Positions 49,267 through 62,946 of a stretch of 64,000 bases of DNA are shown piece after piece; within the stretch, counting starts at the first letter, position 1, and every line of letters begins with the position of its first letter. Source of the stretch: Podarcis bocagei (taxonomy: Eukaryota). The notes under the pieces were generated by a model. The model searched no databases and was not told the DNA's origin. It saw only the letters and a program-made list of their open reading frames with translations. The position numbers and the translations under genes are program-made. The stretch lies in the NCBI GenBank assembly GCA_964188305.1, contig OZ076888.1. One strand, given 5' to 3'.

Positions 49267-51519
49267 GCGTAAAGGAAGGACATAAGCTCCTAGCCTTCCC
49301 CAAACTGTTACAGCAGATATTGTGGACTTAAGAAACCCCCAACAGCCCCAGCCAGTGGGTCTATTTTAACTGGCAGTGGCTCTCCAACATCTTAGGCAGA
49401 GGACCTTCCCAGCTCAAGATCCCTTAACTGGAGATGCTAACAAAAATTCAAGCATTAAAGGTTTGCACTACTTAAAAATAAATACCCAGAGTTTAATAAT
49501 GCTTCAGGGAAACTAGTGCAGAGAGTGCTGTGTTGTTGTTTTTAAAATGCAAAATGCGTAACAGTTTCAACTTTAAACTGTTCATAGCATTGGGACTACA
49601 CTGGGGTTTCCCCCAATTAAATATGCAAATCCTGAAGGGAAGACACACATCCTTCAACACTCAGAAGGAACATGAGCTCACGCTAACACACCCACCCCTC
49701 ACTGTTTTTCACTTAATGTGGTTTATACAGGAAATACTAGAACACCAATGATGGAGCCTGTATACTGTCAAAAATGTGCAGTGGCCCTTTTTGGGGCTGT
49801 AAAAGCAAAATATTTAGAGCCAGCTTCACATCTACACAGCTTCCTCCAGGTCCATTTTGTGGGAGACTGTCCTGCTGCTGGTGGAACAGCCTTCCCCATC
49901 TTATTGTCACCTTGCTGCTTCTGCTCAAGGCCAGGAGGAAGAAAGGATTTGATGCTGCAGAAGTAGGAAATTACTTGCCATGTGGAGTGTGAAGCAATTG
50001 TTTTGCAGCTGATAGAAAGGGCTGTTCTCAGATAATCAGTGTAATTGTAACTGGGAGGCAAGGAAGATGGGAAGGACAACCCCCAGCCTCAAGACACAGG
50101 TAAACTGCAATCTGTGTGAATTATAATCCCATATCTATATCACATTGCATGCACATATCTACACCACATTTGGTTTAAGAATAAATCCTCAACCCAGGTA
50201 TAAACTTACAGAGGGTGCTCCAGTTATGTGGAAAAGTAAGTTTTTCTCTGTTCACTGCTTTACAGATCACACAAACAGAATGGCTTCTTTTGAGGAACGA
50301 GGCATAGCATTACAAACCAAGAAAGAAACAGATAAGACATACAATCAACAGGCCTGGACACCACCCTGAGAGCAGGGAATCCCATAGGGTTCATTTGCAC
50401 CTCCTCTAGTGTGGTTTTCCACAACGGGGGCTCGGAACTGATGTTGTCCTTAGAATCACTCTAGAGAGATGATCTCAGGAGAAGGGAATCATCGCTAGCA
50501 GTTCCAGGAAGAAGATCAACACGCCAGAGAGCATGTTGCTCTCAGTCATCTTCCTTTTATAACATGATGTATTTATACCCAAGAGAGCTCTGCTCACATG
50601 CGGCAACACTCTGGGTCAGGCAGCAGCCTCTGTCTCCAGTCAGTTTAAATGCTAAGGCAGAGAGAAATGATACAAAGCCAAGATCCTCCTGACACATATG
50701 GCAGCTCTCTTTTCTAAGCAGAAAGGTCATGCAAGAACACAGAATGATTTGAGGTTCACATACAGCAAAGATGACTGACTGCCTTTTAAAAGTGTTGCTC
50801 AAGTCAGCTAACACATTTATATGCTAATTCGCAAGTGGGCTGTCCTCTCCTGTGCTTCTTTGGGGTGAAGGGTGGGATAAAAATTTAATAAATAATAAAA
50901 AGGACAATAGCTGCACTAGTCAAGGAGCCATACAAGTAGCTGCTACGTTCACTAATAACAAGGCCAACTAGGGCTGCCAATAGGTGGGTACACAGACTCT
51001 TTGCTTTTTTTTAAAAAAAAGCAAATCAAACATTTCTAATGAAAGTTATGAAACAAAATGTGGAGACAACTCTCAGGCTTCAGCAAGCAGCACCACTGCT
51101 AAGAACACTTGACCACTGCTGCTAAGTAATCTGAGAAAGCAATGTTGAGAGGAGGGCCCTTCCAGAGCAGGAGAAAAAAACACCAGAAACTGCTTGTTGC
51201 TGCTAGCTGAACAGTGGATGGTGGAAGATACTGGGGCATGTTTGTTTAAGCACTTTCCTCATTCCTACGTTATTTCATTCACACACACCTCAAATGCCCT
51301 GCCTTTACAGAAGAAAACACAACTGGCTAGCTTTGTACGTTTTACTTGGAAGTAACTCCCTTGAAATAAATGAAGTTTCCTTCCGACCAAGAAAAAATAT
51401 TGATATTGCAGCACTCACCCCCTGACTTTCCATGTCTCTCACATAGCCACTACCAGTCTGTCATCAAAGGGTTGCTATTTGTTAATATGCAGTCACCACA
51501 AAATAAAAATATGTACAAC

Positions 51520-51655
51520 CTTTAAAAGATATCTGAAGGCAGCCTTGTATAGGGATGTTTTAAATGTTTAATTATGTTTTATTATGTTTTTGTATATGCT
51601 GGAACCCGCCCAGAGTGGCTGGGGCTACCCAGTCAGATAGGTGAGGTACATTTTT
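51520..51655 (+). mobile_element. L2 3' tail
   Basis: ATCTGAAGGCAGCC...CCGCCCAGAGTGGCTGGGGCTACCCAGTCAGAT. Confidence 0.9.
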
Positions 51656-54600
51656 TAAACAGGAGTTTGTGTGCATGGGACCCGATCCACATAATGTGTG
51701 CTGATCCCTGGAAATCCTGTTAGACTGGAGGTCAGCAACTGGCAATCTTTGAGCCATATCTGGCTACCTGAGATACTGCCTAGACTACCTGTTGCCAATC
51801 CAAAGACAAAAACAGGATGTAGAAGCAGTACAGATGTGGCAAGCCCCTTTGGGAGTTGGAATCAAGCCTCTTTGCCCTTCACTAGTCATATCCTTCCAAA
51901 AGTGGCCCTGCATCTCTCTCCCTGGAGTCTTTCAAATAAAACATTTGAAAGGGATGTAGTGCATCCCATCCAATTACTCAATTTGTCAAAGCATCTCCTG
52001 ACATGTCCAGCTTGCTATTCCACAAGTTGATGTTATTGCTTTTGCTCTCTCATGCATCCTGGTAAAAGCCCTAGCCCCCTTCTTCACGGCAGCTCCTTAC
52101 AGAACTCAAGATTCTTTCTACTGTTCTTAAAATACGGTACATTTTTTATTCTATTTAGAAATGTGCACATTTACTCCGAGTGGCTAAGCACAGTTCCTTC
52201 CTCCTGCAAAAAAACCCGTGATCTTTATCTTCCTTAAAGCACAGATTCTGCATGGAAATTATGTGAGCTCAAGAGTCCTGAGAGTGTAATTGCTCACAAC
52301 AAATGAACAGCTAAAAATCCAAGCAACCTAAACAAATAACATGAAATATTTGCTTTGCTAAATATCAACATATTAATAAGAAAGCACGCAATCTGTTATG
52401 GGCTGTGAGGAATTTCTCCTCTTTGCTGAGGCTGAGAGAGAAAGACAAACTACCCGACAAAATTATGTTTGGAAAATTCTTATCTAGAAAAAAATATACA
52501 TGTTCAGATTGTACTGCTAGAAGGATAGTCACCTGTGGCCATTTGTGAGGTGGCCTTTAAAAAACTGCATCTTTGTGGGGGGAAAGGTTGTCAAAACGAA
52601 AACATTAAAGGGATGGTAACTGTTGATAACATGCAAGTACTGTCTTATATCCAGGGGGTGCTGACCATCTAATCCCAAGATATATCCCAAGATGAAACAG
52701 ACAGTTAAGGACCCTTAATAGTTCTGAACCTTTTTATTTGGTTAAATAAGATTCTGGTGCTACTTTGATTAATTGTTGTATGAATCAGCAAAAAAAGTTT
52801 CAAGCATTAATTGGTAGTTCAAAAAACCAAAGTTTCAGCTGATTAATCAGTGGGGGTCATTTTTAATCTGTGGGACTGAGAGTTAAGGGCATTATTTTAT
52901 GACTATTTTACTTCTACTATTACAGGAAATTAAACGGAAAATGCTAGGGGCCTTTCCACCTAACCATTTGTGGTTGCTTTTTTGTTTAAACTGCAGGCTC
53001 ATATCTTCTGTTTCTAAAAATAAAATAAAGTATGCAAATATCTGTAAATTTAAATCTGAATTTAATCAGATAAAGAGGAAACAATTATTCAACTAAAATT
53101 GTTTAATTGGATGACTGCCCTAATAAATGCACAGAAGATTGTGGCAAATTTAGGGTTATGTAAGAGTTACCAACCTTTTAACCAGAGCACCATTTCAGCC
53201 ACACAGAATACCCTATGCTGTAGCATAACTTTTGTTCATCTTACAAATTGTTAGAAATTATAAAAAAATCAACTTTTATGTCATGTGGATTCTGCATCAG
53301 CACAAAGCTGGTACAAAGCTCCTATTGCAACAGATGGACCTGTCACATCAGCTGATTCTTAATTCCAACAGATCCATGTTTTAAACTCATTTGTGGGTGC
53401 TTTAAGGACACCTATCTTCATAATTAATATAAAAAAGTACACAAAATGTGCTATACAAACTACTCTTGGGATTAGAAATTTTACCGCAACATGGCTTTGC
53501 TGAAATATGGGGGACTATGTTTAAGTACTGGTACATCAATTGTTGTGCTACAAATCAGTAACTACAAGGGCAAAGCATCACTACCACAAGCGCATGCATC
53601 AGGTGAACACACTTGGAAATGCAGCAACAACCTATATAAAAGAAACAAAATATTGCAAATAACTAGTTTAAATTGTGAGAGGGGGGAGGGAAGAAGGGAA
53701 TTTTAAAAACTCGGTGGATTTCACAAGATAAAGACTCAGGATTTTTGGCAAGTGAATGATTTTGTGGCTCACACCCTCCACCAGTGTACCCTCTCACATT
53801 GGGGGGGGGCAGCACCTTCCCCCTAGAGACATCTGGCCTAATGATTACTCCAGGAGGCAAGAAGCTAGAGAGAGTATGTGGGCAATTGCTTAGCAGCCAT
53901 CCTCTTTTGCTTCAAGGTAACCTAGGCCATCTATTTATCTCCCTACTGCCTCTAACAACCATCTGTGTGCTGCTATCCAGCCCTCTCCACCCAAGCATGA
54001 AGATGACTTAATACTAAACCACAGGAGCCAGCATTTCCTTACCCTTCAGTGGCTCATTCCCGAAAGTTATCACACAGCTCCAAACAAAGGAGTGATGACA
54101 ACAAGAAGAAGTCAGCCTCCACAGAAGTTGATATTGAAAAGGAGTGTTCTGTTCCTAGCTAAATTAGCCCTTTTAAGATTCTTCACCAATGAACTTCATT
54201 CTATTGACTCCCTTTTCTATCCTCTCTTTCACACTACAAATCTATCCTTTGTCTTCATTAGGAAGCAGACAGATGTTCAACTACACTAGCCATGTTGAAG
54301 AAAGACACGGGATAAAGAGACAGAATTGCCTTTCATGGTTAGACCAAGGTTCACTTCCAGTTTGTGACAAACCACTGTTTGCCATTTTGCCTCAACACAG
54401 CAAACTGTTTTGATATCAAAGCAGGATCTCAAAGCAGGTTTGGGACCCTGACTTGTAAAAAAAGGGGGGAGTGCAGAGAGTGAACAAGCACCAGGGATCT
54501 AGTTCTCCTGGTGATTTTTATTCCAAACATCCAACACTCAAGCATGCATCACTTCCAAACATGCAAGTTGCACTCAGCTGTCATAGTTAATAACCATAGC

Positions 54601-55204
54601 TGGCTCCAGATGACAGTGAGATCAGGCTTTTCCTGAGATTCCAAGACCAGTAAAGGGCCCTCTGTCCTATTTTTACTTTGCATGGTGCAACCAAGTGGGT
54701 TGGAAGCAAAAGAGAGAATTCAACTCATGTTCCCTGCTTCATACCAGTTAAGGAAACCCACTGAGGGTGCCTTGTCTTAAGACCACCAAAGTCCCAGCAC
54801 TGCCTAAAAGCTGCAGATAGACCTACTCTCCATGAATCTGCCTAATTCTTATACAGCAGATACTTTCAAACAAAATTCAGAAGGTCAAAAAGTTAATCAA
54901 ACAACATCAACAGTTGCTGCAACCATATTTCTGTAAAATAGACCCTACCTGTCATAATGAAAATAAACTCTCATAATCCACAAGGAACAACATAATACAG
55001 ACACCTCCAAATTCTGAATTGTCAGTTTTTCATAGCGCAAGTGGAAATTTTACCTTTAGATGGTTCAGCATTTAGGAACAAAAACTGCGGGTCTGATTAA
55101 TCTCTCACTCAATACCAATGGTAAGATGTGCAACTTGATGGCAAACTCCCCAGGCTTGTTCTGCAAGGAGAAAAGTAGAACAAAATTTCTGATAAATTTT
55201 CTGA

Positions 55205-55415
55205 TATATTATCACATTTGTATCATGCTCTCCCACTCAAGGAGATGAGAAGAGCATTTTAGCCTCCCAACAGACTTGGGAGGTAGCTTAAGTAGAGACA
55301 GTGATTTGCCCAAACCCAAGAGGGAGTGATTCATTCAGTGAACCTTGCAGCCAAGTAGAGCTTTGAACCTCCCGGAAACATTGAAACAGAGCCCTCTAGC
55401 TATAACACACTGGCT
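55205..55415 (-). mobile_element. Old CORE-type SINE
   Basis: GAGACAGTGATTTGCCCAA...TTTGAACC...ACACACTGGCT is a decayed parallel of 57495-57762. Confidence 0.55.
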
Positions 55416-57494
55416 GAAAGTTCTTCTCTGCTCAGTGGCAGAAATATAGAATGTTTCTCAGAAGGATTTGGCAGAGACTCTTCTCTCCCCATGTGCCCAA
55501 CCTAAACCTGTTCCAAAGAGTTGGAGTAACCCCCATAATAGATTTAAGGGGTGTAAGGGAAGACGAAATTTCTTTGTGTGGCCAAATGTCCTTGCACTAG
55601 CAGAAGCACATTGCTGAACACCGCTCAGGGCTTTTGAACCTCCATCAACTCTGATGGTTTCTAGGCATCACATGAGCAGTAAAGCAGCTCACCAATGCAG
55701 AACCACTGGGCTACCTTCTTATTTAACTGATCTAGTATTTGATTTAAATAAAAAAACTCCAGTGTCTGACAGAAGGCCTAAATCAAACTGACAATGCACA
55801 AATGGAATTTCTCATCTTTGGGCATATGTCTAGATTTGCTTTAAGAAAAAACATTCTGGAGGAAACAGAACTATTAGAAGCTAGTTGAGAATATCCAAGT
55901 TCCTCCCATTCAAGGTGATGAAATTCTCAGAACTGCAAAATTTAACCAGTAGGTTAACTGGTTAAATGGCAGCGACAGGTAGGTGGCTATATCAGTATGG
56001 CACAATTTGTTGCTGATTTTACACTATGTTGCTGCTGGGGATATACTGTAACTGTAATATAGAATGAAAAAAGAAATGCTAAATCTAACCCTTCTTTAGA
56101 GGAAAGGGTAAGTGGCAGATTTTATTCACTTGCAACTATGTTAACACTTCCTTCAGTGTCTCAAAAAGACAGCCGCATCAAAGATTTGGGTTAGAGGCTC
56201 ATTTAAATTTAATCAATCAGTTCAAAAGGTCATGATTACTCAACTAAAATTCATTAATTGGTTGACTATATCTTAGTTTGGGGTGTGCATCTGCACAATG
56301 AAAATGCTAAGGCTCAAGAATTTGTAGGCATCTGCATTTTGAAAGAATTAAATACAGAAGAATCTAGGAGGTATGAATGTCGCTCCTAATACAATTCTGC
56401 CACTTCCGTACTTTTCTTGCCTTTGAATGCTAAAATATTCTCTTGCCAACTCTCAGCATAGCTGCCTTTCCATCAAACAGTCAGAAATGTTCAGGGGCTG
56501 CTGATCTGTTGCCAATACTTAGGGCCAAGGAATTATGAGAAGGTGCCTTTTTAGCCAATTATCATGTTGTTATTTATATTACAGAGCAATGCAGGAGGCT
56601 CCTGCGTGCTAACACCTTCACTTACAGTTATGGATAGATTTTAGCAGCATTGTGGCTTTACAAACTTTCTAAGAAAATCCCTTTAATTTCAAATTGAATT
56701 AACTTCAGATCAGGCTGCTTGTGCCCCTGAAGGTAGAGCTGGGTGATGGAGTAAAGCTTCTACTGGACAGATGTGCTGCAACACACCAGAGCTTTCTATT
56801 CCTTTGCTGCTCTTGCAGCCATTCAGCACCTTGACCATGTTCAGAGGGCCAAATACTAGCCTAATTAGTGAAGCTATCAACAAATCTGTATATTCACATG
56901 CAGCTCTTTCATTCCTGCTTCACTGCTATTTTTGTGGAAGCAGGAAAACAAAGAAGCCATTAACCACAGTTCCCAGTTTACAGGTAACTGAAAACTATGG
57001 TTAACTGTGACTTCTTGTTTTGTTGCCCTACCTGCATGAAGGGGTTGTATGGATATGAAGTTTGCCCTCACTTATTAAGCCAGGATTTTATTGTGTAAAC
57101 CACATCACTATGCAGCAGCAAAGAGATTTGCCAATGAGTGTGCACTTGAAGGGGAGCTATAGCCAATTCCTGGATCTCAGATGAATGAACATCCAAATAG
57201 TTGCCAGGGACTGCTGCAGCAAAAGTGAGTGTTGAGGCATCTTAAGTACTAATATAGAGCTTTCACAGGCTCATTATGAAATACTTTATCAGATGCATGA
57301 TGCACACATTTTCAAAAACAGACTAGTTTCATATACACATTACATTTTCAGATTTAGATGTAAAAAAAATCAAAGATCAACAACACTTAGTTATACCAAA
57401 AGGCAATCTGTGGTAGTTCTTAGGTGTGCCATCCCAAGTTAAAGATTTTCAGAGCTGAAGAAGTGAAAGTGGAGATAGTATTAGAGAAGTCAAT

Positions 57495-57762
57495 GAAGAG
57501 GAGGAGGAGGAGGAGGAGGAGGAGGAGGAGTTTGGATTTGATATCCCGCTTTATCACTACCCTTAGGAGTCTCAAAGCGGCTAACATTCTCCTTTCCCTT
57601 CCTCCCCCACAACAAACACTCTGTGAGGTGAGTGGAGCTGAGAGACTTCAGAGAAGTGTGACTAGCCCAAGGTCACCCAGCAGCTGCACGTGGAGGAGCG
57701 GGGAAGCGAACCCAGTTCACCAGATTAGGAGTCTACTGCTCTTAACCACTACACCACACTGG
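57495..57762 (-). mobile_element. CORE-type SINE with L2-like tail (Squam3-like), near full length
   Basis: The minus strand has A-box TGGTGTAGTGG, B-box GGTTCGCTTCC, core GTGACCTTGGGCTAGTCAC and a (CCT)n tail at 57495-57530. Confidence 0.9.
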
Positions 57763-59895
57763 ACCCAGGCTTAGGAAGGCATGCATGCTTTTAGCACGGA
57801 ACTAAGAGACAGGGAGAAGGCCAAGGGACTGGGAACTGAATTTCATATATTAATAAGCAATAACTGATAAAAGTCTTTGGCTCCTGGTAGTAGTGGTAGT
57901 TACAGTGTTTGAAAAATCAACACTTCATTTATAAGGTTGGAACCAGTTAACTGTAGCAAGGTAGATCTCTGACTTGATCACATGATTTAAATTGTTTTCT
58001 GGAATTTGGTTTCCTTTTTTGCTTTCCTAATTTTTCCAAACCACTTAGTTTCTCTTCAAATAATAACAATAACAATAATAATAATAATCCAGCACATTAT
58101 TTCATTACATGGGACACAAAAGTTTGCATTTGATGGAAATGGTTCCCTTCAAGTGAAGCCTCAACAAAGCTTCCTTGTATATTAAAAAACCAATCACTTC
58201 TAAAGTTCTTTTTCTTTTCTTTTTTCTTTCAGAAAGCATGGAAGGGAGATAGCCTGCAACAAAGGCGACTACATTTTTGCAGGACTCGATTGACTTTCCA
58301 ACAGTGTGATTAGACCAGGGGAGCACAGCTGCAACTTATAAATGCCCAGGCAGGCACACATGAGTGGCGTCTCATCTAGTCTGCCAAAATTCCAAGCAAT
58401 TAGAACAAATAACACTTTCAGCTCTTCTGCAAGTTACCGGGATGGAGAATAAACACCACCAGTGGAGGAGAACCGTCGGGTGGGAAAAAGACTTCTTGTT
58501 TCACAAGGGTTACTTTAAAAAAAAGTTATTTATTTTTAAATTTTCCATCAGAACAACCAACCACTTGCTTGCTCACTCCAAAGCGTGGCAGTCCCCATGT
58601 CTCCAGAAAAAAATGGAGTTTGTTTCTTCTTCCATCTTACTCCCAGTTGGCCAGAATCATACTTTCTTTCTGATATTGTTACTCCCGGGAAGAGGTAACT
58701 AAAATGTGGGTTTTGAACTGGAGTACAGTACTATATAGCAACCAAAAATCCTTAACAGAGAGTCTATGTCCTTAACAGACACTTGGATATTGCTTTCTTG
58801 TCCAACACTGGCCCAATTGGACTTGAAGGCAGGGAAGGGGCAAGTTTTTAATTTTCCTCTCTTCTCTTCTAGCAAGCCTAATGGCATTCTGCAGACACCC
58901 TGCCCAATTTCTTCAGCAGGTGCTACCCAATTTATGTGAAGTGTTGCCACCACAAGGTCAAATGGAATAGGTTGGGTTGGGTTTCCCCCCATTGCTCTTA
59001 CAGTTCAATGCTATCCTTCCCTCCCAAAGTTGCATTTCCATTTGCAGTATGAAAAAAAGTGGGGGAGGGGGAGTTTGCACGTGGATTGTAACTCAATTTG
59101 TATCATTATGAAAAGGTTAAACCCGGAGTTGAGTCTCTAAGACGGTTGGGTGATGCCTTGCACTCCTCCTTCTGGCAACTCTGCAGCCAAGCATCACACA
59201 CATCCAAATTCTTATCTGGCTCAGATTAAAATCTGATCCACTCACTCAATACCACCCCCCAATAAACAACCTTTCCACTTCCCTTCCTTTAAATATCCCA
59301 CATACCACAAGAGCTGGGGCAGCATTCCAGCACCGGGGGAGTGAGAGGAAGGGGGTCTTTAGTTTCCTCCCTGTGCTAGGACATAGGACCCCCCTCTACG
59401 ACCCTTAAGGAGAAGGGAGGGAAGGAATGGTGTCTTTCCCCTCTTACTGCAGCTGCTGTCACTGGCTCAGTAAGGCAGTCTTTTAAAGAAATAGAATGGG
59501 GGGGGGTGTCCATTTTTGTAGGCTGCACACCTAGGATGGTGGATCTGATTGTCTCGGAAATAAGCCAAGCCATATTCTGCTTCATTGTTTTTAAGTAGCT
59601 GAGTTTATTTTCAAGCTAACATCGTACAGTATTGGCATGGCAGGGACTTGCCCTTCTCTAAGAAACAGTCATCTTTAGGTCCAGAGGCACTGCAAGTTCT
59701 GAACAAGAAGAAAACAGGATTAGCGTAGTCAGTATGGCTAGAGATTAGCAGTCACATCCTAGCCATGTTCTCCCACTGATTCCAATGGGGCTCAACTCTC
59801 AAATGAGTATGCATAGGACTTCAGCCTAATCCTATGCATGTTTGCCCAGCATATCCTGTTGAGTTGAGTGGGACTCCATTCAACAGCAAATAGTA

Positions 59896-60503
59896 CAGTG
59901 GTACCTCTGGCTACGTACTTAATTCGTTCCGGAGGTCTGTCCTTAACCTGAAACTGTTCTTAACCTGAAGTACCACTTTAGCTAATGGGGCCTCCCACTG
60001 CTGCTGCTGCGCCACCGCTGCACGATTTCTGTTATAATAATAATAATAATAATAATAAATAATAATAATTTATTATTTATACCCCGCCCATCTGGCTGAG
60101 CTTCCCCGGCCACTCTGGGCGGCTTCCAAAAGAATATTAAAATACTATAATACATCAAACATTAAAAGCTTCCCAAAACAGGGCTGCCTTCAGATGTCTT
60201 CTAAAAGCCTGGTAGTTGTTGTTCTCTTTGACATCTGGTGGGAAGGTGTTCCACAGGGAAGGCGCCACTACCGAGAAGGCCCTCTGCCTGGTTCCCTGTA
60301 ACTTGGCTTCTCGCAGTGAGGGAACCGCCAGAAGGCCCTCGGTGCTGGACCTCAGTGTCCGGGTAGAACGATGGGGGTGGAGACGCTCCTTCAGTTCTCA
60401 TCCTGAAGCAAACTTCTTAACCCGAGGTACTATTTCTGGGTTAGTGGCATCTGTAACCTGAAGCGTATGTAACCTGAAGCGTATGTAACCCGAGGTACCA
60501 CTG
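59896..60503. mobile_element. Tigger-like MITE split by an L2 insertion
   Basis: Same family as 38593-38834, with TA on both sides. Interrupted at GATTTCTGTT|CTCATCC. Confidence 0.95.
60034..60393 (-). mobile_element. Young 5'-truncated L2 with open ORF2 C-terminus and (ATT)n tail
   Basis: 60394..60155 translates without stops: LKERLHPHRSTRTLRSSTEGLLAVP...RQRAFSVVAPSLWNTFP...HLKAALFWEAFNV*. Confidence 0.95.
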
Positions 60504-60561
60504 TACTGGTAAATATGGGAAGAGAAAGGGTAAAACAACCAGCTGAACTGTTCAATACACT

Positions 60562-60655
60562 AAATAAAAAAATTCCTTCCAGTAGCACCTTAAAGACCAA
60601 CTAAGTTAGTTCTTGGTATGAGCTTTCGTGTGCAAGCACACTTCTTCAGATACAC
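60562..60655 (-). mobile_element. Penelope-like element terminal fragment
   Basis: Reptile Penelope-type end TAGCACCTTAAAGACCAACTAAG...GAGCTTTCGTG...CACTTCTTCAGATAC, with 13-bp direct repeat TGTTCAATACACT on both sides. Confidence 0.85.
60616..60653 (-). ncRNA. Minimal type I hammerhead ribozyme motif
   Basis: GUAU-CUGAAGA-A-GUGUGC-UU-GCACAC-GAAA-GC-UC/AUAC: catalytic core boxes, stem II and 4-bp stem I. Confidence 0.75.
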
Positions 60656-62074
60656 AGTGTATTGTTCAATACACTGTTACATGTGACTCTTAGGCTAACT
60701 GCAAAGTTAGAAGGAAGCCAGGATTATGGGTGAAGTTCACCCTTCAGTGGCTTGCACAGCCCTCTTGGCACCAAAGTAACCAACTGTCATCTTCGTGTTA
60801 GATCATGCAGTTACTGGGAACGAAGCCCCTCTCTAACAGTGTTGGGAAGATCCACTCCAACACACACACCCCAGAAAGGATTTTTATACTGCAGCCTTCT
60901 CAAAATGAGCAAGTGCCAATTTCTACTCTGTTAGGACTAGTAAATTTTTATGTTTGTAATGTGTGGTTGTCAGAAAGAAAATAGCAGGCTTCTTGATGAA
61001 AAGCCCAAGGTTGGAAGTACAAAATAGCAAGGCAAGGAGTTGCTTATGGCAAAAGCTGGGTCTGTTGATTTGGTTTTAGATTATACCTCTTCAAAACCTG
61101 AAAAGATGTCTCAATAGGGAAATATCCATCATTCAGACAACAACCTCAGACAGACCACAATCTGATAACTGTCAGTGCCCCCCACACACTTCTGCCAACC
61201 TATTTCCCCATATTTTATTGTTTTATACACACACAGAGAGAGAGGGGGCCTTTCCTCAAATAACTGACAGTTGAAAGTCACTTTTCCTGAATTAAAATTG
61301 GTATCCCACTTCTCTTTTGCAATTTGAGGTCAACAAAATCAGAATTATAACCATCCTCAGAGGTACTCACTTTCTATGTTTTCCTACATGCCACAGAGAC
61401 ATGCACTGGGGCTGCACACCTACCAACTAAGGCTATTCTTTTCAATATTATCTAGACATGTTTACAGCTATGAATCCCAACTTTAAAAATGGGGTGGGGA
61501 CATATCAGGTTGCCAACCCAGTAGGTAGGTATATCCTGCATACTATATAAACATTTTAGAATGCTGACTTCAAGTTGCTGTGCTTGAAGTCTATCTGCCA
61601 CTGTTACTTCATCTGTAACTTTGTTTTATAAATAAACCATATAAATAGGTTCCCTTTGATTGCTCAGAGCATGCAGCATTAAGTGCTGGGGCATAGCTTT
61701 AGGCATAATTGTACAACTGAATTCATCAGCTGCCTAATTATCATGCATTTTGCATTTATTTTTGCCAATTAAAAAAGGAAGAAACTATTAACAACTTTTA
61801 CATAAATACCGTATTTGTTCTCTGCAAAAGACATGAGGCTAATTTGCCAGCGATTAACCGATTATCTAATTTTATAGCTGTCACTCTGTAAGATGCCACT
61901 TACCCCACACCCAGTGGCAAACAATAAAAAAGACCCCAGAAGTTCTCTTTCCCCACAAACCCCTCCGGTTTCTGACTTCACCATGCCCTGATGAAGCTGC
62001 ATGGCTGCTGATCTCTTATTTCCTCCCTCCTACCCTCAGTAGGGTGATTTGATCCATTCTTCGCACCATTAGTG

Positions 62075-62275
62075 GTGCACAAACCAAGGTTGACTTGTAA
62101 AACCAGGAACTGAAACCATGGTTTGAAATGTGTTTGTAAACCACAGTTTTGAGGTAATCTGGTTTGTGTAGCTGCATGTTACAGGAACCTATGGTTAGCT
62201 AGAAGAACAGTGAGGAAAATCTGGAGAAAGAGGGAAGGCATGCTCCCAATTTAAAAACCATGGTTTGCAGGGGGT
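62075..62275. mobile_element. Decayed AAACCATGG-rich foldback MITE
   Basis: Repeated AAACCA/TGGTTT motifs as in 30414-30803. Confidence 0.5.
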
Positions 62276-62946
62276 CACTTTGGGAAGCAGCACTAAGATC
62301 TGGTGCAAGCGTAACGAAGTGGCTTCATTTCATCTAGTATAGTGGAACATAAGAACGGAAGAGACATGTGTGTCATAAAATCACTACCAATTGGGGTTCC
62401 AAGAAACATGGGATTCCCTTCCCTTCATGCTCTTAAAGTTTACAGCTGCAAACATCAGTGGAATTTCGCTAACACTGGAAGTGTGAAGTGGACTTTACTG
62501 GTTTCGTTCTAATGAGATTTTAAAGTTAAACTGGGCATAATGTTAAGCACAGGTTTGCAGCCAAAATGAGCAGTCTTGCATCCAGTTCCCCTGTCCCTCT
62601 CCAAAACACGTGGGGGGGGGGAAGTGATGTCATCAAACCATATGCTCTCCCTTTCTCTCAACACCCAATAATGTGAAGCTGGAGAGAAGCTGGAGAATGT
62701 GTAAGTCACCTGCCATGGTGTCACATGTTTCTCTAACTACCCATTATGGGGTGTGATGCAGAAATCACTTTTTTTAGCAGCAACTCTGTGACTACCAGTA
62801 AGTCAAGTGGTTCTATTGTGCCATGACTGTAGCTGCTGTTAGACCACCAGTGGTCCCCCTCCAAACTACCACCTTGATGTTTCTGTTCAGGAAGTATTCT
62901 TTAAAATATAAAAGAATATAAAAAAGGAATAGTAGGGAGGTGAGCC

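Noticed and set aside
57424-57774. ORF with a poly-Arg tract
   Set aside because: It is the translation of the (GAG)n SINE tail and the antisense SINE body.
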